A DNA stretch of 64,000 bases, taken from the NCBI GenBank assembly GCA_963699545.1, contig CAVOUE010000012.1, positions 32,001 to 96,000 on the forward strand, read 5' to 3'. The notes below the pieces were generated by a model. The model made no database searches. It was not told where the DNA came from and was given only the letters and a program-made list of their open reading frames with translations. Shown here in pieces: positions 56,577-64,000 of this stretch (position 1 is its first letter; each line of letters opens with the position of its first letter). This stretch comes from Nitrospirota bacterium. GTDB lineage: Bacteria; Nitrospirota; Thermodesulfovibrionia; Thermodesulfovibrionales; UBA9159. The translations under genes were made by a program, and so were the position numbers.

Positions 56577-56966
56577 CCATGTACTCCTGCGGACAGGGGT
56601 CAGGTCTTGTTTCTTGCTGTCTGCACCTTGTCTGCGTAGCTGCTGTTGTAAAGATTTCCGTTCGTACTCCGTTGAACTCTCAAGATGCTCAACAATGTCG
56701 GTTTCTGTGTCCATATTACGGTACCTGAGCCACCTCGTTTTTACGACTTTGTCGGTGCAGACCGCAAAATGCCGGTGTGTGATACGGGGCGAAAGATGCA
56801 ATCCGTTATCCTATCGGTCCCGATACATGTCCCGGACCATTCCCGCCGCTCATTCCGGAACAAACCTGACACCCTGTAGAGTTGAGACGTCTCAGCCTTC
56901 GATGCATTATTTCAGACTCGTAGTTCATACTGGTGCATTCTGATGCAAAATGGTGTATACTAAAGT

Positions 56967-57226
56967 ATGGCCAACAATCGAAAAAACGGTTCGCCAAAGC
57001 GTCTCGCTCCCGTCTCCACTGGCCAAGCGAGTGAAGGCTTTGGCAAAAAGCCAAAAAGTCAGTTCTAATCGGATACTTGTAGATCTTGTCGAAACAGGGC
57101 TGCGATCAAAAGAAGAGGAGAAGCGCAGATTCTTTGAATTGGCTGATCGGTTAAGCACATCAACCAGACGCGAAAGAACAACAGGAATTGAAAGATCAAC
57201 TCGCCCGAATGACTTTCGGAGAATGA
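56967..57226 (+). CDS. Putative ribbon-helix-helix antitoxin-like protein, ~85 aa (two apparent extra bases)
   Basis: Repaired reading MPTIEKTVRQSVSLPSPLAKRVKALAKSQKVSSNRILVDLVETGLRSKEEEKRRFFELADRLSTSTDAKEQQELKDQLARMTFGE*. The RQSVSLP..LAKRV pattern fits an RHH fold. Confidence 0.65.
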
Positions 57227-57470
57227 GTGCCGAAAATCCAGTGGACCAATCTGCCTCCTCGCTCTCCGCGACCATCTTTTTGATCGCCTACAACAACGCA
57301 AGATAACCGCTGAGGATGTCTACCAACTGAAACTCTGGCGGGAATCTGATCCCGAAGCCCCGGATGGAGATTGGTATAAAGATTTCGGCTCCTTCAAAAT
57401 CTGTGGCAGGGGAAAGTACCCCAAGACTTTTCTTCTTCGAGGGCAACCCGGCAAGGGCCAAGCATTGTAA
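57227..57470 (+). CDS. Small hypothetical protein, putative toxin partner, ~80 aa (one apparent extra base)
   Basis: GTG abuts the upstream TGA. Repaired reading MPKIQWTNLPPALRDHLFDRLQQRKITAEDVYQLKLWRESDPEAPDGDWYKDFGSFKICGRGKYPKTFLLRGQPGKGQAL*. Confidence 0.6.
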
Positions 57471-57586
57471 TATTAATATCACAGCCGTTTCTGGCAGTAT
57501 ATTACCGGAATGGGTGGCAGGGTTGTGGTGGAACGAGCAGCAGTTTTCCCCGGAATAAGCACCCGAGGCAAAAATCCTTCCTGCTC

Positions 57587-57701
57587 TCCTGTTTTTGGGG
57601 CTGATTGATATGGTCTGCCAGGCCATAAGATAACCGCGACCTCTAAGTCGGTCTGGTGTCCGAAGTATTCCGGAATCGATGTCCGAACCCTTCCCGAATT
57701 T
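57587..57701 (+). repeat. Diverged direct repeat, copy B
   Basis: TCCTGTTTTTGGGGCTGATTGATATGG...ATTCCGGAATCGATGTCCGAACCC...CGAATTT. Confidence 0.85.
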
Positions 57702-57743
57702 TCACCAAGAACACAAAAGAAAAAAATGTGATACTATTTCGCT

Positions 57744-58857
57744 ATGAGAACCGCCTTTCTCTATTCCCGGGAGTTCGAGAAGTTCGACTACGGGCCGTCC
57801 CATCCCCTCAAGACCCTCCGCCTGAAACTCACCCATGAGCTTATCAGGGCGTATGGCCTCCTCTCTCTCCCTCATACTCAGTACGTCGAAGCGGAGATGG
57901 CGGACGAGGACGATCTGCTTGTGTTTCACGACAGGGAATATATTGAGGTGCTGAAGGCGGCAAACAGGGGGATCAGCGTTGCCGGCGCAGGGTATTATGG
58001 TCTCGGTCCCGGAGAACAACCCCGTTTTTAAGGGGCTCTTCGACTGGTCCAGGCTTGTGACGGGCGCCTCCCTGCGCGCGGCCCACATCGTGGATTCAGG
58101 GGAGGCTGATATCGCCTTCAGCATATCCGGGGGACTTCATCACGCCATGCCCTCAAGGGCCTCCGGATTCTGCTATGTCAATGATGCGGTTGTTGCTATT
58201 ATGTCCCTCCTGAAAAAGGGCAGGAGGGTAGCATATATCGATATCGATGCCCACCATGGCGATGGAGTGCAGGAGGCTTTTTACGAGACGGACAGGGTGT
58301 TGACCATATCCATACATGAGACGGGCAGGATGCTCTTTCCCGGAACAGGGTTCGAGGGTGACCTCGGCAGAGGGGAAGGGGAAGGATACTCGGTAAATGT
58401 TCCGATGCCCCCTTCCTCGGACGATGAACTCTTCCTCCATGCATTCGACGAGATCGTTCCACCACTCATGGAAAAGTTCAGACCTGACGTTGTGGTGAGC
58501 CAGCTCGGAGTCGACTCCTTCCGAAATGACCCTCTCGCCCACCTGAACTATACCACCAACGGCTTTTGTGAAGTGGTAAAGAGACTAAGAGAGCTTTCCC
58601 CAAAATGGGTCGCTCTGGGCGGCGGCGGGTATGATGTTGCCGTCGTTGCAAGGGCATGGACACTTGCCTGGGCTGTCATGAACGATATTGAGGTTCCTGA
58701 CGAGATTCCCCGGGGTTTCCTTGCCGCATTTCCGGTGGAGGGATTCAGGAGCGGAAAGATCAGGGACGAGAGATATGTCGAAAAAGGCAGGGGAAAGGAG
58801 AGCATGAGGGAAGAGGTGGAACGGGTGGTAAAGTTCCTTAGAAAGAGGCTGCTTTAA
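57744..58857 (+). CDS. acuC: Acetoin utilization protein AcuC / class I HDAC-like deacetylase (frameshift near 58010)
   Basis: YGPSHPLK, GGLHHA, ASGFCYVND, DIDAHHGDG, GGGGY. Confidence 0.92.
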
Positions 58858-58866
58858 TCGCAGGCA

Positions 58867-59898
58867 TCAGCTGTTTATTGAGTCAATGAGTCTTCTCAGC
58901 CTTCCGAAGTTCCTGCGGTCGAAATCCACGACAAGCCTTGGCAGGCCTGCGATCCCCGGCTCATCAGCCTCTGCAGGCAGCGCCGCCGAAAGATACATGT
59001 CCCCTCCGGGCGCCAGAATATCGCCAAAGTCTTCCCTCAGCTTCTGAAACGATGCCGCATCAGGAAACGATGTGAGCCGGATCACCAATCGTCCGTCCAC
59101 GTACCTCAGGCTGTGATAGCGACGGTAGAAATGGTCGATCTTATCCAAAACCTTTTCCACAGAATCAACCTGCTCAAAAAAGTAAAAATCAGAATCATTG
59201 ATATATCCCTGATCAAGGAGCTGTCCCCTGAAAAATTGAATGCATTGTGACCAGTATGTGCCGCCCGGTTCGTCCACAAGGATGAGGGGTATGGGATCAC
59301 GCTTCCCGGTTTGCACAAGGGTAAGAGTTTCCATGGCCTCGTCAAGAGTGCCGAACCCTCCGGGAAAAAGGACAACGGCATGAGCTTCCTTGAGGAAGGC
59401 TATCTTCCGGTTGAAGAAATACTTATAGACGATAAGGCGCGGGTGACCCTTGAGAACAGGATTTGCCTCTTGCTCGAAGGGAAGCCGGATGTTCACCCCG
59501 AAAGAGTGTTTTGGGCCGGCGCCTTCGTTCACCGCCTGCATGATCCCCGGCCCTCCGCCTGTGATCACCATATACTCTGCTTCAGCGATCTTCCTGCCGA
59601 GACTCATGGCCATCCGGTAAATCCTTTCCTCGGGCCGTGTCCTTGCAGAGCCAAAGACCGTGATCTTGCGCACGTCTTTGTAAGGGCCGAATACCTTGGA
59701 AGTGAACCTCATCTCCTTTAACGTGGAGTTCATGAGTTTCAGGTCCGCCTTGTTCCTCTTCTCTTCCTGCCCCGCCATCAGGGCCGCGAGGATCATCTCC
59801 CGGACGATCTCCGGACTCCGGATGCCGCCGGCAAGTTCAATAAGCCCGTCTATCGCCTCATCGGCCGTTTCATTTGTCCCCTTGAATCGCAGCTTCAT
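58867..59898 (-). CDS. LOG family protein (long Rossmann-fold type)
   Basis: VFGSART, ITGGGPGIM, FPGGFGTLDE. Confidence 0.93.
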   Translation of the reverse strand: MKLRFKGTNETADEAIDGLIELAGGIRSPEIVREMILAALMAGQEEKRNKADLKLMNSTLKEMRFTSKVFGPYKDVRKITVFGSARTRPEERIYRMAMSLGRKIAEAEYMVITGGGPGIMQAVNEGAGPKHSFGVNIRLPFEQEANPVLKGHPRLIVYKYFFNRKIAFLKEAHAVVLFPGGFGTLDEAMETLTLVQTGKRDPIPLILVDEPGGTYWSQCIQFFRGQLLDQGYINDSDFYFFEQVDSVEKVLDKIDHFYRRYHSLRYVDGRLVIRLTSFPDAASFQKLREDFGDILAPGGDMYLSAALPAEADEPGIAGLPRLVVDFDRRNFGRLRRLIDSINS

Positions 59899-60137
59899 AG
59901 AATTATACCTCCGCTTCCTTCATTGTAGCAGGAATGCCGTATCTGATACACACATCTCTTTATCCGTGTGACAGCGGATTTCACGCTCGAGCTTGCATTA
60001 TCGAAAAATGCGGGGGGTCAACGGCTCCGTCCAGAAACAAACGTTTCAGTGATGATGAGGCGCTGAAAAGACTGCTCACAGAACTCGCAACCATCAAACA
60101 ATCTGATCATTGCCCACACTACGAACGAAAGTCGCTA

Positions 60138-60758
60138 CTAAGAGCCAGCTAATGCTACACGTTCTACTACAATAAATGGACCCTGAATGTCACTGGTCTC
60201 ATAGACACAGAACGCCAGCTCCGTTACTGACAGTTGCTTGGTAGATACAGACCGAAACTCTCGAAGATGATTTGCTACCAGCAGCGTCTCAAAGGCTCCT
60301 TGATATACGCCCAGCGTGATATGAGGTTTATAATCGGCTGGATTATCTTCTTTAGAAATCATGGCCAGAATTGAACGAAGCTTATCGAGTGACCCATCCG
60401 GGTCTTCGACAGTTATGTATGGTGCAGATGCGAAACTGTCCAGCATGCCAGTCCTTAAGAAAAACGGCGGCACTTTCGCTTCATTCAGTGCAGTCGTCTG
60501 ACGTCTTTGAAGTTTGGTCGAAAAATGTTCTTCACTTAACAGACCGCAGGCAGCCACTGTAATGTGCGGTGCGCGCCGGTATCCTGGATGTATAAATCGC
60601 TCTACGTATGAACGTGCGGTTTCAATAAGTTCAAGCCAGCCTTGGTCATCGACCAAGACCGCCCAGAAGCCATAATGTGAAATACCTCTGTGCCATTCGG
60701 CAAAATCGTGCTCGCAGTGCGGAATTGTTTTGCTCACTGAGATAAATGTTTCATTCAT
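60138..60758 (-). CDS. 2H phosphoesterase / 2'-5' RNA ligase family protein
   Basis: Two HxT motifs (PHITV, PHITL); visibly AT-richer than its neighbours. Confidence 0.82.
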   Translation of the reverse strand: MNETFISVSKTIPHCEHDFAEWHRGISHYGFWAVLVDDQGWLELIETARSYVERFIHPGYRRAPHITVAACGLLSEEHFSTKLQRRQTTALNEAKVPPFFLRTGMLDSFASAPYITVEDPDGSLDKLRSILAMISKEDNPADYKPHITLGVYQGAFETLLVANHLREFRSVSTKQLSVTELAFCVYETSDIQGPFIVVERVALAGS

Positions 60759-61226
60759 TTAAGTGTACCCAGATTCTTTGCAGCCTCAATTATCATGTAC
60801 GCTGCTGCCTCTTAATGAGGATTATAAGAAGCACGGGATAATTAGTCAATGAAAACGCTGTGTTCGGCCAACAGCAGAGGGTTATCGTAACTTATCTTGT
60901 CTTAAATATACAATCTTCAAAACGTCTTATCAAGGGACATGGACAAAGGAAAGCTCTCAGCGAAAAAACAGTTTCTGAAAAGTGGAAAATACTGGGAAAC
61001 TAATTGGGGACACCTCCCGTTTTTCTTCTTTCCGCAGACTCTCAACAGTACTATCAGAAATAGAAACACTTAGAGAGATAGCGGACGATGCAGGTTATCA
61101 GGTGTATTCAAATCTCGGATGATGCATCTTCCTCTGTCAGCTCTGGGGGGGGAAGGCGTGATCGGTGGCGAAACTGGGGAACCACAGAGGCTATCTTCGC
61201 CGGCACAAAAAAGACGAGACGGAATT

Positions 61227-62060
61227 CTACTTTAGCCCCACGCGGAAGCGGTAGTTCTGGTAACTGAAGACGACCCCCTCGGAGGTTATCTCCTCTACCT
61301 TAAGTCCCGCGGTCAGGAATTGACCTTCCCTCAGAGACTGTCCGTTGATCCTCACCATGCGGGAAGAGGCATCGCTGGCGAACAGATGGGTGGAAATCGC
61401 AAAGTCCGGCAGACTCTGCCGTAACGACGTGGGAAGTTCCTGAAGACTGTAGAGCTTATTCGGCACGGGAGCAGGAAGAGTAGCTGGCTCGGATGCAGAA
61501 TCGGGGCGCTTTACTTCCGGCATCTGCTGCGGCGGAGCTGCGGCAACCCTGGAAGGACCTTTCTCATTCGTCGTCTGCGTCTGCGCCGGCTTGTCTTCTT
61601 TGTTCTTCTGCAGGCCGGCTTTCACCGGCTCCTGCACGGACTGACGGATACCATCCGCCTTGGGCACATCCTTTATTGCAGCAGGGCTCTTTGGTCCGGA
61701 CACAGGTTTGTTCTCTTCGGCAGACCTGGTCACCGGCTCACGATCACCCGACACTGCAGACTGCGGAATCGCAACCGATGATCCTGCACCAGCTGGGCGG
61801 TTCCCCTGATCAGGGGTCTTTGCGACACGCTGCTGAGTTGCAGCCGGCTGCGCAACGATGGGCGGCTTGCCTGAGCGCCATACCAGCCACCCTGCCAGAA
61901 AGCCCGCGTTCAGGACCAACGCTCCCACGAGCAGATAAGGCCAGAGGGGGCGCCTTTTCGGTATCTCTTCCATGACATCCTGCGTCGTCATCAGATCCGG
62001 AACCGTGCCCCTTTGCCGCTCTTTTTCCGATTTTTTCAGCGCATCAAGAATATAAGACAT
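61227..62060 (-). CDS. General secretion pathway protein GspB/ExeB
   Basis: MSYILDALKKSEKER, TM segment, Pro-rich linker, RMVRINGQSLREG. Confidence 0.88.
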   Translation of the reverse strand: MSYILDALKKSEKERQRGTVPDLMTTQDVMEEIPKRRPLWPYLLVGALVLNAGFLAGWLVWRSGKPPIVAQPAATQQRVAKTPDQGNRPAGAGSSVAIPQSAVSGDREPVTRSAEENKPVSGPKSPAAIKDVPKADGIRQSVQEPVKAGLQKNKEDKPAQTQTTNEKGPSRVAAAPPQQMPEVKRPDSASEPATLPAPVPNKLYSLQELPTSLRQSLPDFAISTHLFASDASSRMVRINGQSLREGQFLTAGLKVEEITSEGVVFSYQNYRFRVGLK

Positions 62061-62062
62061 CC

Positions 62063-63682
62063 CTACTTCTCCTCTTTCTTCGCGGATAGCAGCGGCTCAT
62101 TGCTGCCCGCCGCGGTGTTCAGATTGATCATGGTCTGGGGCCCGACCACGCCGTCAGGCTTCAATCCCTTTGAGAGCTGAAATTTCTTCACCTGAACGAC
62201 AAGGGCGTTGTCAAAGACAGGTTTTTCACGCTGTTGAACTTTTTGCCCGTTGATAAGCGCCAGCTGTTTCTCAAGCCATTGGACCTCAGCTCCCCTGACG
62301 CCGGGCCTGATGTCTCCCTGATAGTTCGGCGGCATTCGCCAGAACAGGGTACAATCCCCCATCCAGTGCCCTTCGACCTCACTGACGTCAACTTTCATTG
62401 TCTTGCCTCCCAGAACAAAGGTGGCTGTTTGCCCATCCATCGCGGTCAGTGCCCCATAAAATTCCTTGCCCCGGTCGTCAAAGAGCTTTAACACGGCCGG
62501 CCTGTTCAGCTGACGGAGCCCGCTCAAGCTGGAGGGCGTATCCAGGCATCCGAGTCCCCTCGCCCTCGCCTCCCGGCAGGGGGTTAGGTTATTCTTCGCT
62601 TTATAGGGCATGTCCCACAACCGAAAAAGCTCCTGGAATGCCGCCTCCCTGCTGAGATGAACCGGCTGGTCGGAGGGCCACTGCAATGTATCCAATTTGG
62701 GAGGCTCCGGCACAATGCTCCCCTTCACCGGAGCGGTCAGTACTTCCTGAGACGGCGGCAGGGTCTGCGACCGGTTATTATAAAGGGTTGCTGCCAGGGC
62801 AACGGCAGAGATCATGAGTATCATGCCTGCCAGCGCCCATCTCATCTTCGCCCTGGGGCGCCTCCGGACCTCAGATCTCCCGAACACCTCCCGTGCAGCT
62901 TTGTTCAGCGTGGATCTGTCAACCCGGTCCTGACCCTGGACATACGCTCCCAACAGGGCCCGGTCACAGATCACATTGATCAGCCTCGGGATGCCACCGC
63001 TCAGGCGGAACAGTCTGTCCATCGTGGAAGGAAGGAACAATCTGGTGTGAGCCCCGGCCACTGCGAGACGGTGGCTCACGTACTCGGCCACCTCTTTTCT
63101 TGACAACGCACCCAGATGATAGCGGGCCGTGACACGCTGCGCCAGCTGCCGCATTTCGGGTTTTTCCAGCTGGTCCTGGAGTTCCGGCTGACCCACCATG
63201 ATGATCTGGAGAAGCTTGCGCTGATTCGTCTCGAGATTCGTAAGCAGACGCAGTTGCTCCAGCACGTCCGTGCCTAGGTTCTGAGCCTCTTCAAGGATAA
63301 GCACGGTCCTGCGTCCTCTGGCATGGGCGTCAAGGAGGTATGCGTTGATGAGGTCTACATAGACTTTGACACTTGTGGATACCTCAGGATAACGGATGCC
63401 AAGCTCGTCACAGAGGGTTGCCAGCAACTCCTCGACGCTCAACTTCGGATTGAGCACGAAAGCGATATCGGTGTTTTCCGGCAACTGTTCCAGAAGACAG
63501 CGGCAGATCGTTGTTTTCCCTGTTCCGACCTCTCCGGTGAGCAGGACAAAGCCGCCATCGCTGGTGATCCCGTATACCAGATGAGCCAACGCCTCCCGGT
63601 GTTCTCGGCTCATGTAAAGATAGCGGGGATCGGGGGCAATGGAAAAGGGAAGTTCCTTTAGGCCGAAATATTCTCTGTACAT
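62063..63682 (-). CDS. ExeA/GspA AAA ATPase with peptidoglycan-binding domain
   Basis: MYREYFGLKELPFSIAPDP, GEVGTGKTT, EEAQ, GQPEL, PDGVVGPQT. Start corrected to ATG 63682. Confidence 0.93.
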   Translation of the reverse strand: MYREYFGLKELPFSIAPDPRYLYMSREHREALAHLVYGITSDGGFVLLTGEVGTGKTTICRCLLEQLPENTDIAFVLNPKLSVEELLATLCDELGIRYPEVSTSVKVYVDLINAYLLDAHARGRRTVLILEEAQNLGTDVLEQLRLLTNLETNQRKLLQIIMVGQPELQDQLEKPEMRQLAQRVTARYHLGALSRKEVAEYVSHRLAVAGAHTRLFLPSTMDRLFRLSGGIPRLINVICDRALLGAYVQGQDRVDRSTLNKAAREVFGRSEVRRRPRAKMRWALAGMILMISAVALAATLYNNRSQTLPPSQEVLTAPVKGSIVPEPPKLDTLQWPSDQPVHLSREAAFQELFRLWDMPYKAKNNLTPCREARARGLGCLDTPSSLSGLRQLNRPAVLKLFDDRGKEFYGALTAMDGQTATFVLGGKTMKVDVSEVEGHWMGDCTLFWRMPPNYQGDIRPGVRGAEVQWLEKQLALINGQKVQQREKPVFDNALVVQVKKFQLSKGLKPDGVVGPQTMINLNTAAGSNEPLLSAKKEEK

Positions 63683-63885
63683 AAATGAAAAAACGCTTTT
63701 GTTGTCCTTTAGAATACTAATACAAGGATTGGAGAAAATACAATCGTTTTTTTTCATTCCCCCCCAGGCATGATCGCGCCTCGGAAGATGCCCGTGGACG
63801 GCATGTGGAACAAAAAGGATTTCTTTTATATACTGAGGAGTAGGATGGTTATCCTGGTCGTCATGATGATTACAGGTGCAGGGAC

Positions 63886-64000
63886 ATGAAGGGCCGGGGT
63901 CCACGCACTATTTTGACGGTCTCCTGCCTCGTTTTCTTTGCCGCGGTATTCCCCTGTCTGCCTCCGTCTGCAGTTTCCCTTGCAGCCGAGGAGTGTGAGA
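63886..64000 (+). CDS. 5' end of a secreted protein (runs off the window edge)
   Basis: MKGRGPRTILTVSCLVFFAAVFPCLPPSAVSLAAEECE reads like a Sec signal peptide. Confidence 0.55.
   Translation, partial: MKGRGPRTILTVSCLVFFAAVFPCLPPSAVSLAAEECE

Noticed and set aside
56520-56801. 93-aa minus-strand ORF containing KQDLTP
   Set aside because: DLTP is just the translation of the GGGGTCAGGTCTTG motif, and there is no SD or recognisable domain.
63683-63904. N-terminal extension of the 613-aa ExeA ORF
   Set aside because: The family-typical start is MYREYFGL at 63682. The upstream part is intergenic and overlaps a divergent gene start.

Overview
This is a bacterial chromosomal segment made up mostly of housekeeping genes. 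Gene content and order suggest Nitrospirota/Thermodesulfovibrionia or a Desulfobacterota-like lineage (inference only). It holds the tRNA(Thr,Tyr,Gly,Thr)-tuf-rpmG-tRNA(Trp)-secE-nusG-rplKAJL-rpoBC cluster, rlmB, bamA-skp-lpxD-fabZ-lpxA-lpxI, yajC-secDF-recJ, ligA, ccsA-hemA-hemC, topA, dprA, argG, feoB, dsbC, relA/spoT, acuC and exeAB-like genes. Single-base indels break many essential genes (rpoB, secE, tuf, secD, lpxI), which points to long-read assembly error rather than pseudogenes. There are three accessory patches. (1) At ~35.2-38.5 kb: an AbrB/VapC toxin-antitoxin pair, a truncated integron-integrase-like ORF with its own promoter, an attI-like GTTAGGT site, two exported-protein genes, and a 133-bp MITE with TIRs and a 4-bp target duplication. 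(2) At ~55-57.7 kb: an IPTL-CTERM tandem-repeat protein and an unannotated two-gene, TA-like module bracketed by ~105-115 bp diverged direct repeats and GGGGTC-type motifs. (3) At ~60-61.2 kb: a 2H-phosphoesterase gene. Other oddities are a 54-aa tandem duplication inside RpoC, a probable CTG start for rplJ, heptamer/octamer intergenic repeats that have also entered recJ in frame, and several genes under 60 aa missed by the ORF track (rpmG, a ferredoxin, small proteins). No rRNA genes or CRISPR arrays were seen.
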